64,000 bases of DNA from contig JALMLS010000510.1 in assembly GCA_038496445.1 (NCBI GenBank), positions 103,560 through 167,559 on the forward strand, in the 5' to 3' direction. This stretch comes from Trichosphaerium sp. ATCC 40318. Its lineage: Eukaryota > Protista > Tubulinea. Within the stretch, counting starts at the first letter, position 1. The number at the start of each line of letters is the position of its first letter. The translations under genes and the position numbers were made by a program. The notes beneath the pieces were generated by a model. It worked only from the letters and a program-made list of their open reading frames with translations, made no database searches and was not told the origin of the DNA. Below are positions 50,660-63,193 of this stretch, in pieces.

Positions 50660-52913
50660 ATGAGAGCAAACCTGAGCTTTAGGTACAAGTCAAATATATC
50701 AATACCAAAGCAATTAACGCGTACAGAGCTTCTAGACACCAAAATCACCACTGGGTGTCAAGATGGAATCAACGCGAAAAACTAGATGATATTGGAGCTG
50801 TACTCGAAATAAAACAGCTTGACGAATGGTACAACGTTTCTCACATACAAGTGGCATCACTAGGTGCCTCAGCGTTGCTAATGTACGCCCACATACAAAT
50901 CAGTTACGTAAACCACCACGTGGGGGCTCACCATAAAGTTCAGATCGTACTATAACAACTCTGTCCCCGAGTGTTTAAAGGCACTTTACACCAATCACCC
51001 GTGGGTGCCGTGGAAGTTCAAGTAAGTACACTCTCACGTGTCTACTCACGTGCACTAACAGCTGTTTATGGTAACGCAGAGGCACTTCTGGAACCAACAT
51101 GCCAACCAACGTGCCAAGTTCAACGATATTGCTCAGCGCTACAATGTAAAGGAGCTAGACGATTGGTACAAGGTCACAACTGAAGACATCTTGGATCAAG
51201 GTGGTTCTAGAATACTGTACGAAGCTCGTTTTACCTTGATTAACTCGAAGTCTCTAAATTGGTTTTTTAGATTTCTGCATAATGGATCGCTGTCAGCGTG
51301 TCTCACTGCACTGTACCCAAAGCACGAATGGCAATTTAGGTAAACATCACTTGGCACCTCGATATAAAGCTAATTGACATACCTAGTCAAGCACCATGGA
51401 AGTACTGGCAAGATGTATCCAATCAAGCTAAAGCTTTAAACGCAGCCGGTAGGTTGTTATCGGTGTACGTTATGGATGACTGGTATAAAGTAAATCAAGC
51501 CAAACTTGTGAACACTCGAGCTGAGTACATACTGTACGCAAACGTGTCGCTATGGGTGACAATCAGTAACCATATTAATGATATCACGTCTCTAGGAAAT
51601 ACTACTCGAATGACTTGTTAAAGTGTTTGGCTTCTGTATTTCCCAATCATGACTGGCTAAAGTATGCTCATTTTAATACAATCGAATGAACTGACAAACA
51701 CAAGTTTGGCTTCCATGCCGCTGGCTGAACACCGAAAGAAGCTTCTTTCAATGATGAACAAAATTGGTCAAAAACAAAACATAAAAATCATGGAAGAATG
51801 GTATCAAGTTAGTAGATCGTCAGCGCTTCATATGGCAGGGAGGCTAGTAGTTAGGTATTGTCCTTTGAACTACTACTATTCTATGCAAATATAGTCGTCT
51901 GAACCTGCAATAGATACGAAGGTGGAGACATTGAAAAAGCACTCCGTGTGGCTTATCCCGAGTATGCCTGGGACAAGACCAAGTTCCGTTGGCGTATTAA
52001 AAGCCTGTGGCGAACACCACAGTGGCAAAAGCGATATCTCACACATCTGAAAGCCAAGCTGGGTATTGATGATCCCTCCGGATGGCACGTGTGCTCCTAG
52101 TGTCCTGTATAGCTAAAAAGTCTAATGTACTCTTTATTTTAGGTATCGTGTCTCCACACAACAACTTGGTGTCACTGTAATACAGAAAAAGTGGCCAGGT
52201 ATTCTATCGCAGCTTGAGCCAAACTACGTTTGGGATTGGCGTAGGTTCGCACACTATGGAAAGGCGTCAAAGCAAAGGTACCAAATCAGCTATTTACAAG
52301 CACACAAGCACCGTGTCACACTCCTCTTGCTCATTCTCAACATGCTAGGGTGCTATTGAACATAGTCAAAGCTATATTCCCCAAGGACATTATTCTAGAG
52401 GAACATTCAGTGGGATACGGTTCTATGTCTCTCAAGAACCTGAGCGTCGATGTGTTTGTGCCCAAATATAACTTGGCGTTTGAGTATCAAGGGGAACAGC
52501 ACTACTGCGATTTTATTTTCCATGGCCAATATCCTTTTGTACAGGTAATGCACAAATCCACACACTTTCTCTCTCCACCCCTTACGTCACTATAGGAAAG
52601 GAAGGACGCTGAAAAGTTACAACACTGTTTAGATGCAGGTACATGAGTATATGAACAACACCAACTAGACTAACTTGTGCCCAACAGGGATATCGCTTGT
52701 CGTAGTTCCTTTTTGGTGGGACTCTACTGCGGAGTCTCTAGCGGCGACTATTAAACACACAGCGCCACATATCAAGGTACCAGTCACATGCAATTATCGT
52801 ATGCACAATAACTGACTGTGGGCTAGGTTGAGGCAGCGTGTGGTACACCGATACCACATGTTCCATCGCAGAGCCTGCTGGCGCCAATGATGAGCCCGAA
52901 AAGTGCCATATGA
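50660..52913 (+). CDS. Helical-repeat protein with C-terminal PD-(D/E)xK / RAP-like domain
   Basis: About 5 repeats of W....NQR..LD.I...L.IK.LD.WY.V...L.A.YP.H.W; C-terminal VDVFVPKYNLAFEYQGEQHY...KDAEK...GISLVVVPFWWD. Confidence 0.8.
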
Positions 52914-53075
52914 GCTTTGGATATCTTTAATTTGTATAATAGCGCGCTAGACACTATGTGGCTGTGGTGGTTGGTTTGGAAGTTTTTTTTAATGTACAAA
53001 AGGTTTACACTCTTTCTTGGTGTTCAGTTCGGCTTAAACTGTCTATCTACAAATGCCGTACCACTCAATTGATGG

Positions 53076-53830
53076 TTAAGCAGGCCATGACTCATCATCG
53101 TCCGATCCCATACTGCCAACCTGAACGGACAAGGAATTTCCACTAAGGCAATCCATTGCATCAAAATGCACTACTCTTGTATCATCATCGCTGTCCGATT
53201 CTGCGTCTGCTTCCCATGGTAGTCGAAAACAAGCTTATCGATATATGAGTATTGCTTGAGTTGGCTGATGTGTTGAGTTGAACCGTACCGTTGATTGTGT
53301 CGCAATACTTGGCACTAAGCTCGGGGTGACTTTTAACGAAACGCGTGAGTTGCACGGGATCTACTTGGCCTGTATTTGTTGTGAACAAGTCTTTGTATGC
53401 GCCAAGCTCTGATAACATGACGCGCACATCTGCACCGACATCTAGTTGAGGAAAAGTCTGTAAGTTTTTGTCCGTTACGGCTGGCTCTATTGGGGAACCA
53501 CCAAAGTTGTTACACTCTCGTACTATGTAACCGCGTGGGTTGTGTCTCTTGGTGAGCGTGTCCGTAAACGCTATTTGGGGTGTATTGGCTTGGTTCGCGG
53601 TAAACCTAGGCAAGAGATCAGAAAAGGCGCGTAGAAATTGCGACATGGCGCTTAGACACATGCATTCGCCTTGTAATAAAAGTATACCTGCTCATAATCA
53701 TTCAAGCAGTCTGCAGCTTTAGTTTGTGCGCCAGTATGCTGTGGTTCTTCTACAGCGTACGGTTTCCAAGAGGATAACTGTTGATGCAGTTGTACTACGG
53801 ATTGCTCGTTAGTAAGCTCATGGTTGCTCA
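53076..53830 (-). CDS. Hypothetical spliced protein; structure unresolved
   Basis: 158-aa ORF 53185-53661 with plausible splice signals; no recognisable motif. Confidence 0.35.
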
Positions 53831-54151
53831 TGAGGATATGCTATAAACCGCCTGTCCTTTTTTGGTAACGTTGTTAAGCAAACAGTGGTGTCATATGTGA
53901 ACTTAAAAAAGAAACCTATTTTAGTCAAACCACCACACAATGCACCGATCGATTTCGTTTGGGATCACGTGTGCCCGTATACAATTCTCATATTGACGGT
54001 ACTGGATAGAAGGGTGCAACATAATTACCGCGTAACACAGTTGTGGGGGGTGGAATGTTGTATTTAGCAAAAAAAAAACAACAACAAGGAAAAATAGTGT
54101 TACAACGTGGCCATAAAAATAATCGTGGCACTGGAAGCAAGTACTGACACT

Positions 54152-55932
54152 CTACTTTGATCTGTAGCACACTCTCTTTACAGCATTGATTATGTTTTGT
54201 GTCTAAAGGGTAAGTGTCAACAGAGGATTTGATGGATTGCTTAATTTGTATCAAACGGTGGGTACCTTTGGCATTGCAAGGTCTTCAATAGACTTGGCAT
54301 AAGGCATAGGTACATCAGCTCCAGTAATGCGCTCAATTGGGGCGTCTAATTGGTCAAAGCAATCTAATTGAAGCCAATGTTACAACACACCCCTACTAAC
54401 TTGAAAAAAAACGTACTCTCGTTTATGCGTGCAATAAGTTCAGCGCCAACGCCATGTGCAGGAAATCCTTCCTATACAATTTGGGTCAGTGACACAAGCA
54501 TGAAGTTAGCATATTTCTATACCTCGCATGTGACAACTCTGTGTGTCTTGGACACAGAGTTAACGATACCCTCAACATCGAGAGGGCGAATAGACATCAA
54601 GTCCAACACCTCACAAGAGATGCCTTCTTTCTCTAGCTCCTTGGCAGCTTCAAGACAGTCATTCACGATTCTATGTGAACAAAAGTAAGAGGAGGCCATC
54701 TCGGTAAATAATGTGTGCAGTGAACAAAGAGCCACACAACACAACAGAAAACAATATAAAAAGGATGAAGGCACGCACCTGCTAAATCCAATGAGTGTTA
54801 CATCAGTACCCTCACGCTCTACACTGAGTTTTCCAATCGGCAAGACGAACTCTTTGTCCTGTGCCTCTGGGCTCAATTCGAATGAGTAGTTGTACAACAA
54901 CTCGGATTCCAAAACCATGACAGGGTTAGGGTCGCGAATAGCAGCCTGAGCAATAACAATGAGAACAAAAAAAGACGTTGCATCATTAGGAGAAATTGCA
55001 TTTTTTTTTTTTGTAAACTTTTAGGTTTTTTTTTTCCAAGTGCAAGTGTGTTTGTTTGTTACCTTCAATAATCCCTTCGAGTTGTTGCAGTTAGAACCAG
55101 CAACGACCTTGATACCAGGTACATGTGCCAACCATGCGGCATAACACTGACTGTGTTGTGCACCGGTTGCGGTTGGAGGACCGTTTGGACCGCGGAAGGT
55201 GATGTCACAAGTTGCCTACGGGACCACGTGTTAATAAAGTTACGCAAAATAACAATAAAATCCCGCAATGCAAAACGGTTTTACGCACCTTACCACCGCT
55301 CATGTAACGTGTCTTGGCGGCTGTGTTGACGATGTGATCGATGGCTTGTGTTGCAAAATTCCAAGTCATAAATTCAATTATTGGCTTTGTTCCAGCCATG
55401 GCTGCACACCGTTAGTAGCCGTTGTGACATAGAATAGCAGCTAAGGTTTTTTTTTACCCTTGTTCCGCTTCCAATTTACAAAAAAACCAAATAGTCCGTC
55501 GTACCTGCGCCAACACCCAAACCTGCGAAGCCTGATTCTGTAATTGGTGTATCCCAAATACGTTCGTCACCGTACTTTTGCCACAAGCCCTTGGACACCT
55601 TGTATGCACCTACGCTCGTTGTTATTATTTGCGCCTCAATATGCCGTTATTTTACCGTCGTATTGTGCTACTTCTTCACCCATAAGAAAAACTCTAGGAT
55701 CATTTGCTAATTCTTCGTCTAGTGCCTCTCTTAGTGCCTCACGTACTTGCATCTAGTGCGCGTGAGATTACTGAGTATAGTTGAGTTAGAGCGTACAACT
55801 TTTGGTGCAGCACTGTATGTGCGCTTAGCAGTGCGAGTTTGTGACGATAGCGCTGTACGTTGAGCCTAGTGACATACTTACTCCAGTTCTCAAGATGAGA
55901 TAATAGTGCCTTACCCTTGCAATACGTATCAT
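54152..55932 (-). CDS. pdhB: Pyruvate dehydrogenase E1 beta subunit, mitochondrial
   Basis: [70 protein letters not shown]. Confidence 0.97.
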
Positions 55933-56361
55933 GGTGCCTCTTTGTTAGTTTTCAAAACAGAAACTGATTTTTATGCGCACTGGTCACAATTCTTCAATAA
56001 GCCTCAACCACTCAACGTTACAACAACCAACATGAATAGGACCCACAAAGCGGGTCACAGAGCTGCACCTCTCTGGTCTAGTTTTAATCTTCACGCGTAC
56101 TGGTAACTTTTGCAGCGTGTAACCATAGCGACTCTTTGCTGTAGCCTATACCGTTGTCGCTACCCAAATACGCTTTGATGGCTGGTTGGTATGTGATTGC
56201 TGCAGCTAGTTGCAATGACGCAGTTCGCAAGCACAGTAATGCTGTTGTTGATACAATTTTTGATACATTTGGTTTTTTTTTATAATTCGAGCTGTTTCAT
56301 ACACTGGAAACGTTATACTGGGTGGTTATTGTACAGGCAAGCATTCTTGACATGCGTCAGA

Positions 56362-57311
56362 TTAGGTTGAAGCATCTTCTGTGGCACGGTGCGGTAATGC
56401 AATTGCATCGTGTTCTAGACGCTGATTGCATTCGTATGCGAGTAAAAAGTATTTGTACAGATCTTTCAGTCGTTCTTGAGCCTCGTAAGTCAGGTACGTA
56501 GCGTGTGGCACTGCATCGCAAACGCTGTGATAAACATCGTTCCAAGCCATCACGTGATTTACCTATAATCAAAAGATGTTTCAGCACTGGGGATGTACGA
56601 AAAGAGGTATTTGCACGTGAATACACACGCAAGTAAAAATATGAGGTGTGGTCTCTTTGCAACACACGCACGCGTAGAAAACCCCCACGTGATATCACTT
56701 CACTGTACAGCAAATATAAATTAATGTTGTTGTCCGCCACTGAAAAGCAACCAGTTGGCAAATCGTCCAATTCCACCTTTTGACACAGTGTTAGCTGGTT
56801 TTTTTGATAAATTTTATTTTTTCAACACCTGAAAAAATAAATACCTTTCTGTTTGTTTCCATAAAGCGTGTATACTCTCGCCAAAATGTTGTGGAGTCCT
56901 ATTAACGGTTTTTAAGTCTAATGGGTGTACAACTAATAGAATTAAGAACCTGAAAAAATAGAAGCGTCTTTTGCGCTTCCTTCTTCATTTTTTGCATGCG
57001 ATCGGCCAGTGCTCGTACTTTTTGCGAGTATTCAGTTGTTTCGCGCTTAAAAGCTGAAATTTACGGTGAATTAACGTCCTACATCTGAAAATACGAGTTA
57101 CCTTCAATATTATCAAGCATGGACGGTTTTTCAGGTGCACTTTCAACCGACGCATTTGAAGCGCCAGATTTCGCGTCGTCAGCGCCTTCCTTTGCGATTT
57201 TTTGCCGTTTGGCCGGTTTACTTGTCGAACTGCGTGTACTACGCGTGGAAACTAATCAACGTGAGCCACAACAAGAGCACAGTAAAGAAAATAACCTTTT
57301 CTCTTGCTCAT
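56362..57311 (-). CDS. Small ARID/BRIGHT DNA-binding domain protein
   Basis: INLYLLYSEVISRGGFLRV..W..V...LKDLYKYFLLAYE. Confidence 0.85.
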
Positions 57312-57553
57312 AGAGCCATCAATCTAAAAGTGTGGCCACTGAGGTAACTTGAGCAAAAACTTTAAGTGAGGTGTCAGGCCTAAACAGAAAACAACCAAAC
57401 ACATGTTAACATACAATTTTAATAACAATATACACTTAGGTACACGTAAAGAAAGTTGGTACAGAGCTTTTTTGGCCTAGTGCCACAAAAATAGGATAAT
57501 TGATTGGTGGTTGTTCTTTTTTGCTTTGTCTGCAAATCAAAAAAACAAAAGAG

Positions 57554-59242
57554 TTAGACTGTAGCCCTAACATCAGCACGGTCGCCTCTCGTAGTCTCTG
57601 GCGTGAGCGCTCGCAAAAAGTGTTCTTTGGAGCAAGCGTTTTTCACAAATGGGTGCTAATAATAATAAATGTCAGATACTTGACAGCTTGTACTATGTAT
57701 GGAAAGGCTATATATGACACGCACTGAAAGCAATTGATGGGCATCTGGTCTTCGCATTGGGTGCTTCATTAAGCAGTAGTTCTTAAATTCCTTGAATTCG
57801 TAGCTCCAATACCCCTCGTTAGAGAGTGGAGGTATGCCGTGTATATTCATCAATGTCATAGCACGCATAGGTGCTGATTTAAAGTACGGAGGTTCTCCTA
57901 AAGTACCAAAGTGTGAGGGACTTACTTTGAGGTTGTTGACAAAAAAAAACAGAAGCAACAAGCCAGCAAGGGTACCTTCTGCCATTTCGAAGCAAACAAT
58001 ACCGAGACTCCATATATCAACTTTGACGCCATAACCAGCAGGACTCCCCAAAATTTCTGGAGCCATCCAATACGGCGTGCCAACAACCGTTTGCCGCTTT
58101 TGTTTTTTCTTGGTAAGTTGTGCTGCGAATCCAAAGTCGGCTATTGCGAAAAACCTTGGTCAGATTTTGATAGGCGAAGTCTTTGAGATAGATTGTTTAA
58201 AACGTACTTATTTTGACGTTGCCGTAAGCGTCAATGAGTATATTATCGCTTTTAACGTCCCTGTGTATCCTTCCCTTTGAATGTAGAAATTCCAGAGCCT
58301 TCAGTATCGACAAACAAACGTGTGCAATAGCGCGTTCTACAATAGGAATTAGGGCAATGACACATGCTAGCACTTTATGTTGCGCACCGTCAAATACAAT
58401 GCCGTCCGCCAAAAACTCAAACAAAGCGCCTTTTTCCATCCACTCCATCACGACCTACCATGCGCTGTTAGTACAGTGTTTGCTTCGCTTATTTTTAGTT
58501 CTCCAGTTGTCCGTGCCGTACCCATAGTTCGTCGGTGACAATGAAGCTGTCGAGGTAGGTGACGACATTGTTGTGTCGCTTTGACTTTTTCATAACCTGG
58601 ATTTCGTTTTTCATCATTTGTGGTGTTATAACATTTTCCTTTAGCTTCATGCGCTTTATGCACACCATCTTTTTGGCCTTTTTGTGAAGAGCTGAAAATA
58701 TGGTGCCAGACGTACTAAAATAATCATAATGAGCTTTCTCAGGTTGCAATGCGTGTGAGGCGTTTTATTACATTGTTGACGAAAATGGTTGTTCGGAAAT
58801 GGATTGTTGTTCGTTTTTTGAAATGAAAAAACCCAAAAACAACTAAAATAAATAAAATGTCGTACCCATGCTCTATTTGTCTTAATTGCGTGTATTCATC
58901 GGCATGACGGTGAGCATTGTCAGATACAACATCGAACAAAGATTTTTGTGATTGCTTTTTAGGTAGTTTCATCGCGCAGGCTCTTGTTTGTAGAATAGGT
59001 TTCTGTCTTATTGATTGGCGGTGCGTACTCGCAATTCTATCCTACACCAAATTCGTTTAGCTAAACGATACGAACAATCGCGTAATGGATAGCTTTTTGC
59101 GTACCCGTCGTGTGGTTTTGGTGAGTTTTTTTTCTGTGCCTCTGTTGTTCGTTGGGCGGTTTAGATCGCTCATTGAACCAGTCACACGTAGGCGCGATCC
59201 AGAGGAGGGGTGCGTAACTTGTTTGTGGTGGGTAACGTGCAT
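57554..59242 (-). CDS. STE20/PAK-type Ser/Thr kinase
   Basis: ELWVVMEWM, HRDVKSDNIL, DFGFAAQL, TVVGTPYWMAPE, FEMAEGEPPY. Confidence 0.93.
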
Positions 59243-59429
59243 TTTTGGTTGGTATCTTTCCGGATACAGGTGTGGGGTGATAGTGTTTACTCGTTGTAAC
59301 GCGAGGTTGGTTTATCAAGGAAGAGCAGGCAGTTAAGTGAGTTTTAATTTGTGGTGTAGCAATTTGAGTTTTCATCGCAGTATAAACTGTTACCCAAGCG
59401 TAATATTGGCAAATCGAACAGGAGCATGC

Positions 59430-62400
59430 ATGAGTGAAGAACAGGAGCGTTTAGACGGATCACCTCGCAAATTGGTTGCTGCGGTGGCAGTAGCAGGTAC
59501 GCGCACTTTGGGTAATTAAAAGAGGGTTGTTGTGACAAAATTAGAGTTCGACATTAATGAAGGCAATACAATATCTAGCAGCTACCCTGACAACGTACGT
59601 AATGTTCCTATACCGTTAACACAGTATCTTACAGCCTTTTTGACGGTATTTGCTGTAGTTCGACTTCCTTGGTTACTCCATTAATTATATAGCCGATCTT
59701 TGTCTTCCAGATAGGGTACAGTGTTTCCTCTACGCGCAACCAAGTTGATTTTCCATTATTTTGTGTTTTCGCTGTGTCAGGCCATTTATTCGCGGATCAA
59801 TGGTAGTGAAACGCTGACGGGTTGTACTGTTAGGGCCACTTACTGAAAGAAGATGGAACAATGCTATTCTTGCCGCCCCAAAACAATCCACAAGGCAAAC
59901 CAGCGCTGTATGGTATAGCGCTCTTTAGAAACAAATCGGACGCAACAGTGAAGCGTGGTGCTATCCAAAAGAGTCTTGGTATGCATCAGTCAAAGTGTCA
60001 TTGTGCACACTCATTTTTATTTTCATAGTTATATTTGGACGCGAACCCTATTTTGATGTGTTTGGCCCTATTGGTCGCGAGGCTGTAAAACAATACATTG
60101 TACGCATATGATGTGTTTGTCATTTAACCATTATTGGTGTTGACACGTGCCCAGGACAATCCTGATCCCAATATCCTGCAAGAGGTCTACGATAGCCTCA
60201 ACTCAGGCTGGATATCCGGCAAAACTACCGTCACATTTCGAGAGCAGCAATTCAAAGTGGATGTACCAACATTGGAGGTGAATGTATACCCCGGCGCGTC
60301 ATTAGTTAGTATTATTACACAATTCGGTCCTGATACAATGCACCTGTGGTATTCAGTGTTATTGGGTTACAGGTAATTTTATTTCGTCAGTACTTTTGTA
60401 AGAAAGGAATTCTAATTGTTGTCTTAAAGAATCCTTTTCGTTGGTGCACCTGCGGCTGCAATATGTGCGATGGCGATAGCTTGTCCGTTATTTGTGCATC
60501 CTCTGCAAGGTACTGTCCAAGCATTGCACTCGAGTAATAGTTAACTGTTGTTGTTGCAATAGGTGTTGGAGACAAAATTAGACCGTATGTTGCATTGACA
60601 AGCGCTGAGATCATGCTTATACCAGGAACAATCTCGTCCACCACAAACTTACTTTTCGAATCAAAACCACAGTGGTACGACACTTGTGCATCATTCAATA
60701 CAGGTATTATTGTAAAGGGAGAAAAGACATTAAGCAGTCAAGCCAAAAAGTTCATTACGAACATCATAAAGTGCCTGGAAGAGAGAGATTGGAAAACATC
60801 CGATAAAAAGGAGGAATGGTGCGTATCTCTCGCTTGCATTTTGGTTTGGTATCTATTTTGTTGGTTAACATGTTGTTTCTATTGGTGCAGGGTGAGACAA
60901 CAGTTTGTTACGTATACGCGTAGATTTTTGTCCGGCGTGGAATCACTAGAATTTGATGACATGTTGCACAAGCAATTGGCCACCGTATTTAGAGGAGGGC
61001 CTCTATACGCCAAGTACGTATCCTTATACAACCGCGCTCTTTGTGTAATTGTGTGCTCATGTTCGCCTCAAAAGATGGCAAGAGAGAAGAGGCAAGCAAC
61101 AGACTGCTCCAGATCAAGCAAAGGCCACTAAAGCGCTAGGCATGCTTGGCACCCTATCACAGAACCCTGAAATGAAATTAAGTAAAATGCAGGTACTCAC
61201 CTGTATGTTGGATATACAGCGTGCCTTGAAAGATTTAGAAACGGCTGATGAGGTACGATACCCACACGCACACTCGACGCTTTTTTCCCTTCTAACTTAT
61301 TTTCTAGCTTGTAGAGCAGGGCGTTGTGGTTACCATTTGTCACATGCTGGGAAACCAAGGCTCAGGTGTGCGCAAGTATTCTTGCGAGATACTAGGCCAG
61401 TTGGTAGATAGCACAAACGGCATGTTTCATATTATTGCTGGTAGTGTTGTACCACAAGTCAGCAAGCTCCTAGACGTACGTTTGAACTCGTATTCTCTTT
61501 GGGTTTTTTATCGACTAGAGCCATGCTTTTCCTAACAGGTGTGGTTATAGGACCACATGCCCAACGTGAGACAGGCAGCTGCGCAAACTTTGACAAAATT
61601 TGCAACGTCGTATTGTGGATTTTATGCGATGCGTGAAAACAACTTGCAAAACACATTGACAGATATATTATTGTCTGAGTCTGGTTTGAATCTGAAGCGC
61701 CATGCTGCTTCAGCCTTATTGGAGGTACGAACCCGCCTTTTTGATATAGTGTGCCTTTTGTTGTAGATAGATACTCAACCATGAGCTTTAGATGGTATCT
61801 ATGGGACAGTGCGCAGTTCAGAGGCTAGATGAGCTGCGTGGGTTTGTAAAGCGGAGTACTCTCGATTACGATTTCGAGGGGAATTTGTACATGATATTTG
61901 ATGCCATAGGCGATCCTTTGAATTGTCTTCCTGTCAGTGAGGCTACATCGAAACTACTTGGCGTGCGTAATTCTTGCAATTATTGGCAATTACATTGACG
62001 CTGGCGCAATAGGCCCTGCGCAAAAGTGACGGATCGCGAAATGAAGTCGCAGACAGCTTACTAGGATGTACGCTTCCGTATTGTTGTTTTTTTTTGATTT
62101 GCAAATCTGACCTTTGTTGCACTAGCCATGAAGACAGACAATCGAATAGTATTAGAGGTCGTTGGTGGCGGAGGTGTTCAGACCTTGTTGGCTAGTATTC
62201 AAGAAGCTGGGCCAGAAGATGCGCTCAGTCGCACTTGCTTTCAAGTACAACCATTTCTTTACATTGTTGTCAATTTGTTTACTGTGTATTGTAGGCTATT
62301 GCATTGATTGCTGATGTTTGTATTGGGAGAAAGAGTTTATTAGGCAACAAGGTAATTGAAAAGACGCTAGCTAGAATAGAGGAAGCTAGCGCACGGCCGT

Positions 62401-63043
62401 TATTCTTGTACGTTGTTATTGGTACTGGTTTTTCTGAAATTTGTTTTTCAGGTATTACATTGTACGCTTCCTCCACATATGTGCACAACATCAAGAAACT
62501 GCCCAGTGCTTTGCTGACTTGAACGGTGTTTCTTACCTGGTACCAGTAATCAAACGATATTATAGACAAGAAATTGTCAATACAGTATGTGTGCCATGTC
62601 TTGGCACAATCAAAGAAATACTCACCAGTGATTCCTGCTTATATCCGCCCAAAACACACATTACTGTTGTGTTGGAACCTTTAAAGGGTTTACATGACTG
62701 GATACAAGAGGATATAAACAGTAGATGTCCTAATCAGGTACCGTTGGTGTCTTCCAATATACCTTTGTCTGACTGTGTGTACAATAGGAAATATGGGACT
62801 TATTGGACAGTGTAGTCACACTGTGCTATGACAATACTAAAGCCACTACAGAGGTATGTAAAAACGGTATGGTTCGTTAGTGCTAATTTCAATTGAAAGA
62901 CTGCAGACTTGCTTGCCAAACTGCAAACAACGTCACCTGTTGTTGCACCCAAAACAAACAAACAGAACAAGCAAACATTTACAGACATCAACAACATTGT
63001 AAATGATTTGTTGAATGACGCAGAGGGAGTAACAGACATATAA
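59430..63043 (+). CDS. uDENN/DENN (AFI1/DENND11-like) protein with C-terminal ARM repeats
   Basis: VAEFDINEGNTISSSYP, ADLCLPD, YGIALFRNKSDATVKRGAIQKSL; ARM-like exons at 61100-62700. Confidence 0.7.
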
Positions 63044-63120
63044 CATTGTAAATCATATAAATACGTTGTATATTGTAGTTTATTGGTACCCCAATATTCA
63101 AAATGTTACATATATCAATT

Positions 63121-63193
63121 GGGCGAGTGGTGTAATTGGTATCACACGCCCTTAGCATGGGCGAGGTACCGGGATCGAAGCCCGGCTTGTCCA
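63121..63193 (+). tRNA. tRNA-Ala (AGC)
   Basis: Cloverleaf with GGGCGAG/CTTGTCC acceptor stem including G3:U70, anticodon loop TTAGCAT, T-arm CCGGG-ATCGAAG-CCCGG, followed by T-runs. Confidence 0.96.

Noticed and set aside
56126-56162. TAGCGAC/GTCGCTA hairpin as a possible snoRNA
   Set aside because: Only a 7-bp stem with no convincing H/ACA or C/D boxes.
59430-59756. Possible antisense overlap of the PAK-type kinase 5' end with the DENN gene
   Set aside because: Plus-strand exons here encode uDENN motifs, and the kinase has an adequate start at 59242.
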